From contig PS015277.1 of the NCBI GenBank assembly GCA_048213135.1, positions 41,233 to 96,796 of the forward strand: 55,564 nt of DNA. Reading direction: 5' to 3'. Positions within the stretch are counted from its first letter, which is position 1; every line of letters begins with the position of its first letter. Below, piece by piece: positions 23,459-35,300 of this stretch. A model generated the notes under the pieces. It saw nothing but the letters and a program-made list of their open reading frames with translations, ran no database searches and was not told the origin of the DNA. The translations under genes and the position numbers were made by a program. The DNA comes from Reclinomonas americana ATCC 50394. Its lineage: Eukaryota.

Positions 23459-26270
23459 ATGGTTTGTTGCAAATGAAAGACTCATGACACTCAGCACACA
23501 GAGAGCACTCACTCGCGCTCACAGGCGGACACTCTTCGTCTTGTGCGACGCGCGTCGTCCTCAGGTCTGCTCTCTCTCAGTCCAGTCTCTCTCTCTGTCT
23601 CTGACNNNNNNNNNNNNNNNNNNNNNNNNNNNNNNNNNNNNNNNNNNNNNNNNNNNNNNNNNNNNNNNNNNNNNNNNNNNNNNNNNNNNNNNNNNNNNNN
23701 NNNNNNNNNNNNNNNNNNNNNNNNNNNNNNNNNNNNNNNNNNNNNNNNNNNNNNNNNNNNNNNNNNNNNNNNNNNNNNNNNNNNNNNNNNNNNNNNNNNN
23801 NNNNNNNNNNNNNNNNNNNNNNNNNNNNNNNNNNNNNNNNNNNNNNNNNNNNNNNNNNNNNNNNNNNNNNNNNNNNNNNNNNNNNNNNNNNNNNNNNNNN
23901 NNNNNNNNNNNNNNNNNNNNNNNNNNNNNNNNNNNNNNNNNNNNNNNNNNNNNNNNNNNNNNNNNNNNNNNNNNNNNNNNNNNNNNNNNNNNNNNNNNNN
24001 NNNNNNNNNNNNNNNNNNNNNNNNNNNNNNNNNNNNNNNNNNNNNNNNNNNNNNNNNNNNNNNNNNNNNNNNNNNNNNNNNNNNNNNNNNNNNNNNNNNN
24101 NNNNNNNNNNNNNNNNNNNNNNNNNNNNNNNNNNNNNNNNNNNNNNNNNNNNNNNNNNNNNNNNNNNNNNNNNNNNNNNNNNNNNNNNNNNNNNNNNNNN
24201 NNNNNNNNNNNNNNNNNNNNNNNNNNNNNNNNNNNNNNNNNNNNNNNNNNNNNNNNNNNNNNNNNNNNNNNNNNNNNNNNNNNNNNNNNNNNNNNNNNNN
24301 NNNNNNNNNNNNNNNNNNNNNNNNNNNNNNNNNNNNNNNNNNNNNNNNNNNNNNNNNNNNNNNNNNNNNNNNNNNNNNNNNNNNNNNNNNNNNNNNNNNN
24401 NNNNNNNNNNNNNNNNNNNNNNNNNNNNNNNNNNNNNNNNNNNNNNNNNNNNNNNNNNNNNNNNNNNNNNNNNNNNNNNNNNNNNNNNNNNNNNNNNNNN
24501 NNNNNNNNNNNNNNNNNNNNNNNNNNNNNNNNNNNNNNNNNNNNNNNNNNNNNNNNNNNNNNNNNNNNNNNACACGCACACATACACACACACGCACACA
24601 CACAGCGAGAGAGAGAGAGAGAGGGCGACTACTTACTCAACGACGCACCAGCAGCAAGACTGCTCTCATGGCACCTCGATCCTTCCTTCTTTGCCACTCT
24701 TCCTGTCATCCTCCCTTCTCCTCATTCTTCCTCTCTTCTGTTCACTTCTCCACATCAATTCTCTGTCCTCGTTTCTCCTCGCTTATCGCTTTTCCTCACT
24801 TCTCTTCTCCTCACCCGTCTTCTCTTCTTCCTCCATTCTCCTCGTTTCCTTGCTTTTCCTCTATTCTGGTCTCTCCCCATCACTTCTCCTCTCTTCTCCT
24901 CGCTCGTCACTCCTCTCTTCTCTTCTCCACACTTCTTCTCCCTTCTCCTCTCTTCTGTTCACTCCTCCTCTCTTCTGTTCTTGTCCTCGTTTCTCCTCAC
25001 ATCTCCTTGCTTCTCCTTACTTCTCTTCTTCCTCCCTTTTCCTCATTTCCTTGCTTCTCCTCTCCTTACTCCTCCTCTCTTCTGTTCACCTCCACAGCTC
25101 GTCTCTTCTCCTCGTTTCTCCTCGTCTCCCCACGTCTCCTTGCTTCTCGTTACCTATCTTCTTCCTCCCTTCCTCATTTCCTTGCTTATCCTCTATTCTC
25201 CTCTCTCAGCACTCCTCCTCTCTTCTCCTTGTTTCGTTGCATCTCCTCTGTTCACATCACTTCCCATCACTTATTCTTCGCTTTCCTCTCCTCTCCTCCC
25301 TTATTCACCTCTTCTCCTCTCTTCTCATTTCCTTCTCCTCCCTCCTCTTTTCCCCTCCTCTCCCCTCCTCTCTCTCTCTCTCCCACTTCTCACTTCCCCT
25401 CTATTCCACAGGAACTCTGCGAATTCCTCTACCAAGATCGACAACGCGTGCAGCGCGACCTCGCCGAGGTGCGACAGTCGAGCGCGGAGCTGGAGCAGCA
25501 GTGGCGCGAGGCCAGTTCCACTGCCCGCGTGGCCGAGCAAGCAGCTTCGTTCTTCTCCTCCTCTGGCCCACTTCTCACCGCGTTTTTTCGCTGACTGCTG
25601 TAATCTTGCATGCAGGTCAAGGAGCAGGTGGCGGCGCTGGGCTTTGCCGGTGGCGGCCAACTGCAGGAGGACACCACTCTCAACGACTTGCGTGGCAGCA
25701 TTCGTGAGATCGAGCGCGAGATTCAGGCCTTTGATCCAGCCTACGCGCGCGAGGTAGGCAACAATCCAGAATTCCGGGCGTTCGCGTTCGCGGTGGAGGG
25801 GACGCTCATCGTGGTGGGCACATGCAGGTTCTCGTGGAGGCCATGCCGGCAAGTGCACGGCATGCGGCCGGTGGCAGCAGCAACAGTGAGTACAGCCAGT
25901 TGGTGGCACGCAAGTTCCGCCGCCTGGAGCAATTCGTGTTGTGCTTGAAGAAGCGCATTCAGCGACTCGAATCGATGGAGGCTGGACTGGGTGAGCATGC
26001 TCTTCCACATCTCCGGCATTGCGTGTGTGTCTCTGCTTGGCTCAAAATGCGACGGTGGTGGTGGTGGTGCTGCAGGCGAGGTGGCTGCCAAGTTCGGCTC
26101 CGTGTCCAAGCTGGTGGACGAGAACAAGCGTCTCAGCAAGGAGAATGTGAAACTGCGCGAGCGTGAAGTCCGCTACGCACCGTCGCCACTCCTCCGCCGA
26201 CGCGATCTCAGCAACGTGTCGCACTCGTTCTTGTGTTCCCTGGTCAAGGCGCTGCAGAATGAGCTCAGGT
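23459..26270 (+). CDS. Coiled-coil protein, 5' fragment (unknown function)
   Basis: ATG|gtttgt at 23459, then exons ADTLRLVRRASSS, ELCEFLYQDRQRVQRDLAEVRQ, LNDLRGSIREIEREIQ, KLVDENKRLSKENVKLRERE with heptad character; runs into a gap. Confidence 0.55.
24680..25410. repeat. Pyrimidine-rich (CT/CTT) low-complexity intronic tract
   Basis: About 730 nt strongly dominated by C/T on the + strand, ending at the acceptor ccacag|GAA. Confidence 0.9.
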
Positions 26271-26695
26271 TTGAGTGCAGCGTTGTTTTTTCTCTGCCAA
26301 TCTATCCCTCATTTCTTATTGTCTCCTCTCTCTTTTATCAGTGCCGCTNNNNNNNNNNNNNNNNNNNNNNNNNNNNNNNNNNNNNNNNNNNNNNNNNNNN
26401 NNNNNNNNNNNNNNNNNNNNNNNNNNNNNNNNNNNNNNNNNNNNNNNNNNNNNNNNNNNNNNNNNNNNNNNNNNNNNNNNNNNNNNNNNNNNNNNNNNNN
26501 NNNNNNNNNNNNNNNNNNNNNNNNNNNNNNNNNNNNNNNNNNNNNNNNNNNNNNNNNNNNNNNNNNNNNNNNNNNNNNNNNNNNNNNNNNNNNNNNNNNN
26601 NNNNNNNNNNNNNNNNNNNNNNNNNNNNNNNNNNNNNNNNNNNNNNNNNNNNNNNNNNNNNNNNNNNNNNNNNNNNNNNNNNNNNNNNNNNNNNN

Positions 26696-27877
26696 NTGCT
26701 TCTCGCTCACCGCCACAGCATCGGCAACCGCGGCCGAGGCGACAGCAGTGGCGGCACGGCCACTCTGCGACACAATTCGCTTGGTCGCCTCCTGATAAAG
26801 TGTCGGATGTGCCGGTGGCTTTGGTGGTGCCTTGGTGGGAATGCCGCGTGAGCTCAGTCGCACTCGCACCAACGCTCCACGAATCATCGATTGAATGCGT
26901 GTCTGTGGAGAGAGAGGGAGGGAGGAGGGGCAGCGCAACAAATGAGTTGAGTGGAGGAGAAAATGAAACACTGTGGCATCGGGGGCGCAACTGCTGCCGA
27001 CGACGTCTGCAGATACATGCGGACCACGTCGCGGTACATGAGCTTGACGCGCTCTCGTGCTGCGCCGGGTGCTACCGACGGATCGGCGTATCGCTGCGCA
27101 GTTTACACAAGTTAGAAACATTGTGCTCACAGGATGTGGAGTGAGGCATGAGGAGTCACCTCCAAAAACACGTGCAGAAGCGACAGCGAGATATTGTACA
27201 GTGCACGGGCGCCCTCGGTGCGCTTCTGCAGCTTGCAGCGCAGCTGTCGAATCTGGAATCGTGAAGAAAAGAATGAGTCATACAGACACGGGGGGCAAAC
27301 GCACACACGCACACACGAAACCCACCTCACTGGTGACGCGCAGTGCTCGCTCCGACATGGTCACATTCTCCTCGGTGGTCTTGCGCACACGCTCGTTCCA
27401 CTCCCACTGGAACTCCTCCAGTGTCCGAATCTGCTCCTCCTTGCCACTCAACATGTCGTCCAAGTCCTCAATTCGGTTCAGCAGCGAAGCGTTGAGCTTT
27501 GTGAGCTCGCGAATCTTCTTGGCCTTCACCTCTGGTGTGGCGTCCGACACGTGGCCACCCTCCTCCTTGATGACCTCACGCGTGGCGCGCTCCGACATCA
27601 GTCGTTGCACCTGCTGCTGCAGGGCCAAGTTGGCGTGCTCCACCGTCGCCACCTCGTGCGCCAGTCTTTCGTTCTCGCGCTTCAGCTTCTCGATCTTCAT
27701 GGCTGGCCCGTTGGCATCCGTGTCGTACAGTGGATCCGAGTCGCCCGAGAACTCGGTGTCGTCCGACGGGGCCAACAGTTGCTCCACCGTCGACGGAATG
27801 AGGTCGGCGGCCGGCGGTCGCACCAAGATCTTCAATGTGGGGTTGCGTTCGTAATTGTACTTGTCGATCAGCTCGCG
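26696..27877 (-). CDS. Coiled-coil protein fragment, open at both contig ends (likely a mis-oriented internal part of the flanking + strand gene)
   Basis: KIEKLKRENERLAHEV...LQQQVQRL...LLNRIEDLDDMLSGKEEQIRTLEE; no start or stop seen before either flanking gap. Confidence 0.6.
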
Positions 27878-27989
27878 NNNNNNNNNNNNNNNNNNNNNNN
27901 NNNNNNNNNNNNNNNNNNNNNNNNNNNNNNNNNNNNNNTTTGCAAGTCTGTGTTCAACAATGCCATCTCACACTGTGACGTGAACGCAG

Positions 27990-28448
27990 CATCGACCGCC
28001 AAAGGGATCGCTCTTCACTCTCCTCCACGTGCTGCACGAGGCGCTGCTGTGTGTGGATGAGGACGCGGGGCACTTTTTGCAGACGCGCCAACTGTTGCGC
28101 TGCCTGAAGGACGAAGTGCTGTTCAACGTGAAGAGGGAAGTGCAGCAGGTCATTGCTGGATTCCAGGAAGGCTTCGAGAAGACCGTACAGGAGCTGCTCG
28201 GTACGTCGACCGTCACTCGACGTGTTTTTCCGCCACACGTTGTCTCACACCTGTCACTCGCCACGCAGCCATTCTCGTCGAGCGCCTCGGCCTGGACAAG
28301 AAGACACGCATGACGCAGACAGAGTCCGCTGAGACCTCCGAGGTTGAATGCGAGGCCGATCTGCCGCCACCAGTGGACGACTCGGCACAAGAGCACGAAC
28401 CAGAGCCACCAGCACCATCCGCCAAGCCCAGCGCACGGAAGAAGTAAT
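27990..28448 (+). CDS. 3' exons of a helical protein (probably the end of the coiled-coil gene)
   Basis: HRPPKGSLFTLLHVLHEALL...FEKTVQELL|AILVERLGLDKK...KPSARKK* with one GT-AG intron. Confidence 0.55.
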
Positions 28449-28598
28449 CGAATCCACCTCTCGCCGCTGTCTTTTGTATACTCTACGCAAGCGCATGCCT
28501 CGTGCACTCTCTTGTCTTTCTCTCTCTCATTCTCTCTTTCCCACCTCCTGTTGAACAAATAACAACGACAACACACGAAACCTAAACAACATGAGGCT

Positions 28599-29265
28599 TC
28601 ATGCATCCTCTTCTACCATTTGCTCCTCCTCTTCCTCCTCCTCCGCCACCTGCAACACCAGCGGACCGACCTTGCCCTGAAACACGCGTTGCAGCGTGTC
28701 CACACCTGGAGAAGCCTCGCGCACCGCCGACGTGGCCAGTTGCCACAGCACAAGCTCATCATCATCGGCCACAAACATCAAACTCGCCTGCTCCGCCACA
28801 CCAGACTCGCGCATGCGCACCAACACTGGCGCCTCCACGCCCACTGCATCACCACCATGCACACGCACAGTTGCCACTTGCAAGCGATGCTCATCGCCAT
28901 CCACAGAGTGCACGCCCTCCAGTGTGCACGCGATCGAGGCTCCTCCCACAGACGGCGACGAGGACGACGAGGAGGAGAATGCACCGCCGACGGAGAAATC
29001 TAGCGCTGTGCGCACAGGCAGCGAGTGAGCGAGTGCCTTGCCCAGCAGCGCACGCATGCACGTACGTCGGTCTTCAATGGCCGCAAACGAGAGACAGAAG
29101 TGTTCGTCGGCGCTGCTTATGAGCAGAGAACTGGGAATGCATGGTCAGCATGTGTGTGTGACACACACACGCGCGCGCAAGCATCGACGCGCACCAGTCC
29201 ATGAGGAAGGAGCCGGTGGCCGAGAATGAGGCACGACTGGAGGCAAACACACGCGGAGTCGCCAT
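28599..29265 (-). CDS. Hypothetical protein (3 exons)
   Basis: MATPRVF...LMD|CSLLISSADEHF...EDR|PLDFSV...EEEEEQMVEEDA*; two GT-AG introns keep the frame; no recognised domain. Confidence 0.55.
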
Positions 29266-29324
29266 TCTTTCAAGGATCAACAAGGACGGGGACACGCTTC
29301 TCTCAGTTGTCGTAGTTTCATTCA

Positions 29325-32300
29325 TCACGTGTAGACGGTCGCAGAGCGAGTAAGCATTCGTTCCTGGCGAGCTCTGGCAGCCGCATCGACTCCCCGTGCA
29401 AGCAACACAACAAACCCCCAGATAACCAGCTGGCTGACGACGAGACGAAGTGGCTCCAACAACGTCGCGTGCATCACGTCCGACAGCACCGATGAGGTGG
29501 CCTGTGCGTCAATGTCAGTACATGTCCACAGTCAAGAGAGGAAGGTCCCAGCAGCGACTCACCACACCCCAGTCTTCCTGGTTGTCGCGGAATTTGCCAA
29601 TGGTCACCAACACCATGTACGACAGGAAGAGACCGAGAAGCAGGCAGAGGAGGCGAGCGGCCAACTTGAAACCGTACGGCAGATCGTGTTTTCGTGCGCG
29701 GTGCCACAGTTCCTCCAACGAACTGGCGCCGCGCCGCATCGCCTTCCCGCCAGCATCCACGGCGGCGGCTGTCGGGCGCAACAGTGTCGCCTCACGCGTA
29801 CCGCGTCGTTGTTCGACCAGCACGGCGGAGGCTCGACAGAGAGTCGGATCGCACACGACGCTGGTGGCGCAATTGACAAAGAGCACGCTGTCGAGGACCA
29901 CCAACGACGGATCCACCATGTTGCCGTCCTGGTCCACCTGAATTTCCCCCACCCACATTGTTGCGTGTCAGCGAAACAAGAACCGAGTGCTGTGGGAGAA
30001 TAACAAGAACAACAACAACAACAAGACGAAACATCGCTGGACGATGCAGAGGACGACAGCAACTCCTCCACGCCGGCATCGCATTCCACGCGGATACCGG
30101 TGCCAAAGCCAACAGTCGTATCGTGCGACACAACCAGCTGCCGCAGGTGCAACTCCGTAATCGGCCGATACAAGTCGCTCTGTGTCAACGCAACAGCGTC
30201 GTCGTCAGTGAACAGGGGAAAAATAACCAACCCTTGCAGACAGCACACACCTGCGACTCCACGTCGCTGTCAGAAGAGGCTGTTGGGCCGGCCCATGCAC
30301 TGTCTGACGGCGGCGGCATCAGCGGGAACACGCTCATGCGCCGCGTGCTGCCCACTTGGCTTCCCATTCGAAAACTGACATCGCTGATGCGGGTCGATCG
30401 CTTGCGCGACATGGTGGACGAGGCGGTGGACTGCGCGACCCACGGCGCACCGGGCGAGTGTGGCGAATACTGCTGCAACAGCTGCTCGTCTACGGCCGTA
30501 CACACACGCAACGCCACCCGATTGCTTGGCGACATCAATTCGGATCCACACACTTGGATGACGGCCTGCCACTCGTCGCACGAGATCAGCATCAGAACGC
30601 CGGTCTTGGTGCGACACTTGGCCGGAATAGTCAGAGGCGGATAGACTCCCGGACGCAGGAACACCACACTCGGCAGCTGCTCATGCTGCTCATCGAATAG
30701 TCGTTGAAGCTCAAAGGGATCTGTGGTGGCGTCGACAAAGACGTAGTCCTGCGAGTCGCGAATCCGCTGCAGCTCGGCCTCCGTGGCCCGCTGCGGCGAG
30801 AAGAGACCCTGGATACGCGCCGACAGGCCTGCACAGCCGTAAGTGTCAGCTCGCACTTTAACAATAAGAGACAGAAGACCTGTTGCTTCTGCGCCGGCTG
30901 TACCTCGTGACTTTTGCGCAGCCGAGTTCCACCACTCATCCTGCTCGCCGCGGTAGAACTCGTGTTGTAGGAAGGCAGCCACCAAGTCAAAGTAGCTGTC
31001 GCGCATCACTCCGTACGGAGCCAGACGCTCCTGCTTGTCTTGACATTGCATCTGGCAACGAGATACTAAAATCAACAAAAAACAACAAGCAAACTCAAAC
31101 AACAACAAGAAGCGACGCACAATCCAGGCACGAGCGAACAGCAGGAAGCCACCCAGCGGATTATCCAACGATGCCTCACACAGCGCCAGCTGCAACAAGC
31201 TGTTGACTCGAGGCGCGCAGGTCTGCACTCGAGTTGACGCAGCATCGGTGTCCTGCGGTGTCGGGAGAAAAAGGGATGATTTCACAGCATCCAACAGCTC
31301 CAGTCCACCACGAGACGCGGAACGCAACTTGCGAATCAAGAGTCGGTGCACGCCAGGTGAAGCGCAATGTGGCGAGCTTGTAGTCGCCGGTGGCGGAAAG
31401 ATCGCTGAGAATACTGAATCCGTGAATGCGGCGCTCCGCAAGCCACCCTCTGCGGGTCAATTGCTGCCACAACACCAATGTAAGCTGGGACTGCATGTGA
31501 CTCGCGAATTTTGGACGGCGGAGAAGGGCACTCACCCCACGGTTACGCGACGACCGGAGCGCCGGCAACGCACTGTTGCCAGACGCCTCCGCATCAAGAA
31601 GCATTTCTTGCTCATTGCGCAGTGCAGCAGCCTTCAGCTGACTCAGAAGAACAGTTTCTGTGTGCGACAAACATTTTCAGATTATACACCCCAGCGCAAG
31701 ATGTGAAAAACAAGCTGGGTCGCAACTCAGTTGATCCCCTTCGGTACCCTGCTTTCGAGGCGGCCGCCGAGGTGTCACATGGAACACCCAACCAAACACA
31801 ATCATTACTGGGAGCGCAACCAGAGCGCCTACGCAAAACAACAAGGTAGAATAATGAGCGACGACCGGACTCCACAAAAGGCAACCGAAAAACACTCGTA
31901 CCGAGGACCGCAGCGCCAAGAGCGTGCGAAATCGTCAGCACCACACTTTGACTGCTGGTACTCATGGCCGCATTGACGTAGCAACTGATCACCAGGCCCA
32001 CCCACAGCAACTGTGCAGCAGAGAGTGAGAATCACCCCCTTTTTCCGCGTCGCTCGACAACAACATCAAACAACAACAACACCAACGCTGTACAGCACTA
32101 CTCACCAGCACTTTGTCCACTCGTCGTACGGTTGTGTCACGGCGTGGCTCAATCACTGCCGATACCCACAGATGCTGCCACGCCAGAGTCCGAGCATGCT
32201 CCTTCAGTCGCTCGGCTGTGGACCGCTGGCGTCTAAGGGCAATGACCCGGCGCACAACGGCCTGGAAGCGACGCAGTGGGCGACTGGGGCGGACTAGATC

Positions 32301-35300
32301 CTCGCGCTCCGCCACCAGAACCACCGCACTGTTCGCTGGCAGGTCGGCACCGACCCGGGGCGATGCGCCTGCTGGCGAAGCAGTGTCCGAGGTGGCGTCG
32401 TCACTGATGCGCCGGCCAATAAATTGTGCCTGACTGTCTGCAGAGCACGTCGATGTCGCGTCCTCCTGATCGTGATTTTCGGAGAATGGTGAGTCGCCGG
32501 CTCGCTGCACCACCGAGGACATTTTCTGCGCCACCAGGTAATTAGCACATCGGCACATATCACACCCAGAGACAGTAAGCACAAACCCGCCGGGCAATGT
32601 CGACCTCCAATGACACCGCTCGCCGATGACCGACAGACGGACGACGTGACTGCGCCAGCAGCATATGCGTGCTCTCGCGTCGATTACGGGCACGACTGAT
32701 ACTGGTCGACGATGGAGTCGAAGAGTCTGACGAATCCACTTCCGCAAACTGCGTCTGGCGACGACGCGGCCGACACCGATACCATGGCTTACTCGGGGCC
32801 TCATCGCTCGACTGCGGCGTCTCGACTCTAATCGGCGTCACAGGCGGCGGTGTAGCGGAGAGGCGGCGTTCGCCACCACCGTCAGCATCGCTTACTGATC
32901 CACGAAGGCCATCCCACACCAAATCGGCGCGCGACACGCGACGTGCCTGCGCTACCGGCAGCTCCTCCTCAAACGTCATCACTGCATTGGTGTCCACAGC
33001 ATCGACACTGCCAGGCAGTTTGACGTCGCCGCTCGCAGAGTCTTCCACGCTGACGGAAGGCGATGCACGGGTGAGAGCACTGAAGGCAGGAGACTCGATG
33101 CCCCGTGGAGATGACGCCACAAAATCGAACAATGGAATCTCAGACAACGACACGGCCGGCATTTGCGACTGGGCACAGAGCTTGAGCGTGAGCACAGCGG
33201 AGAATAAGATTACATAATTCAAAGAGTCGTGCAAACCTGGTGTCGGATCATGGATCCAATCGGCCGCAAGTCTCCACGCCGACTCGCCGAGCGCACCGGC
33301 GACTCTTCTTCTTCTTCAACTGGCTCCTCGACGAACCGCGACATGCGGCGACGGGCGGAAGCGACACGCTCTGATCCGTCGTCTGCTACTGCCGGAGGTG
33401 GCGCGGGCAGGATGAACGAGGACTCCATGGGTACATGCAGCCATGACGCCACGCCCAGTAGATGACCACGTCGTCGAGACTGCACCCTCTCTCGCAGATG
33501 ATCGCCGTCATCAACAGAAATCGTGGGTGCCGTCGCAGGTAGCGTCGCATCCTTCCCCACTTTCGCCTCCACAGCCTGCATTTCGCGATCACGAACAGCC
33601 GCCAGCTCGGCGAGCCGCGCCAGATACTTGTGGCGCTGCTGTACCGCACTTTCATCCTGTTGAGGGGGCGAATGATGATTTAGAACAAGCCGCAGGGAAT
33701 GTCTGTGTGTGAATAATGGCCAGCGACATACCTCCACGTCCAGAGCGCGATCGCGACGCCACATGACCACAACAGTCACCACAAACAGCACAAAATATGT
33801 GCACAGGAGGAAGAACGTTGGGCTGAGGAACACGTTGTGCTTCGCAATCAGATTGGCATCCGCCGGACTGGCAAACGTGAAGGAGATCTTTGGCAGGATC
33901 GACAGATCCAGCGTCTGCATGGACGATGAAGATTATTCAACACAGCTGGATCACACCACGCAAACACCAACAGGAAACGCAACAAAGTCGGTCATGTGAC
34001 TGGTGGCACAAAAAACGCCAGTGACCTGTTTCCACTCTCCGTCAGTGACACAGCAACAGCGTGAGAGAGGCATGCACAAACACACAACATTCGGTAGCTG
34101 GCCCATCAGGATTGGTTCCACCACGATGTATGTGCTTAATCCGGTGGCACTCAACCGATTGCCGGTCTTGCATACGTCGCGAGAGACACACAGTGGAATC
34201 CACGTATTCGGCAACTCAATCATCATCGGTGCCGCGGTGGTCACGTTGAATCGATACTCCGATTCCGCTGCGCACCGAAGCAGCGGCAATGTAAGTCACA
34301 AACATGAGCGCTGTCTGCGGCAGTGACATTAGCGCAACTTGCATTGGTGCAGTTTTGCAACATGCACATGGCAATCCGTGAAAACGTTTGGTTGTACTGG
34401 CCAATCACACTCTGCCACTCGGGAATCACAAGAACCAGTGGCTCCTGCTCGTCCTTTACCGATACAGTGTCTTCGGGACTCTGCGCACCAAGAGTCAGAT
34501 ACACTCGCATGTATGGCAGTAGATGTCTCAGTCGTCAAGCACACCTGCACCGAGTACGCGTACACCTTGGACGGTTGCGCCTTCTTGTTGTAGTCGTTGG
34601 TCGCATTGACAATCGGCACGCCAGTAAAGCCCACCTGTGAGGGCACGGACAGTCAGCATATCACTGTGCATGCATTGTACATACCCAAAGAAGGACGCAC
34701 CTCGACCAGCGCGTTAAAGTGATCAGCGTCACCGGCGAGTCGCTGGCCTATCGTGTGCGGCAAGACTACAAGTGGAGTTCGAAGCGCGTCAGATCCTTGC
34801 GCAGACGTCAGCGTCTCAAATGCCACTGAGAAAAAATATGGTGAGAACTCTACGAGGACACTTGTCGATTTGAAGGGCTTGTGGCTCACCCGAGTACGCT
34901 CCCTTGGAAGCCGATGTCACAGTTGGGTCCACTTTTTGGGCGCGGAACGTAAAGTTTGGCGTTGAAACTGTTGTCGCACCCTCTTTCCCGGTCTGCTCAC
35001 AAGGTGAGCATGCACGGCAATGTCCAACACACAAAAAGAGACTCACCAGTCCAGCCACTGTGCGATGTGCGATCTGATTCAACACCGGCTCCAAGGCGCA
35101 CTGAGTGGCAATCGCATCCGCTTCGTCTGTCGTCGGCAGCGAAAGCATGGTCGACACGGCCTCGGCCAGTGACTGCAACAACAAGAGCAAAACATCGGTC
35201 AGCTGCTAACCACACCTCGCACGCAATGGGAACAACACGCGCTGACACGAACGCACACTCAGCGCAGCAGTCGACGGGTATGCCGACAGATTCTGCGCCA

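Noticed and set aside
24691-25707. Leu/Ser/Phe-rich ORFs that look like membrane proteins (also 19601-20695)
   Set aside because: Translations of CT/GA low-complexity tracts.
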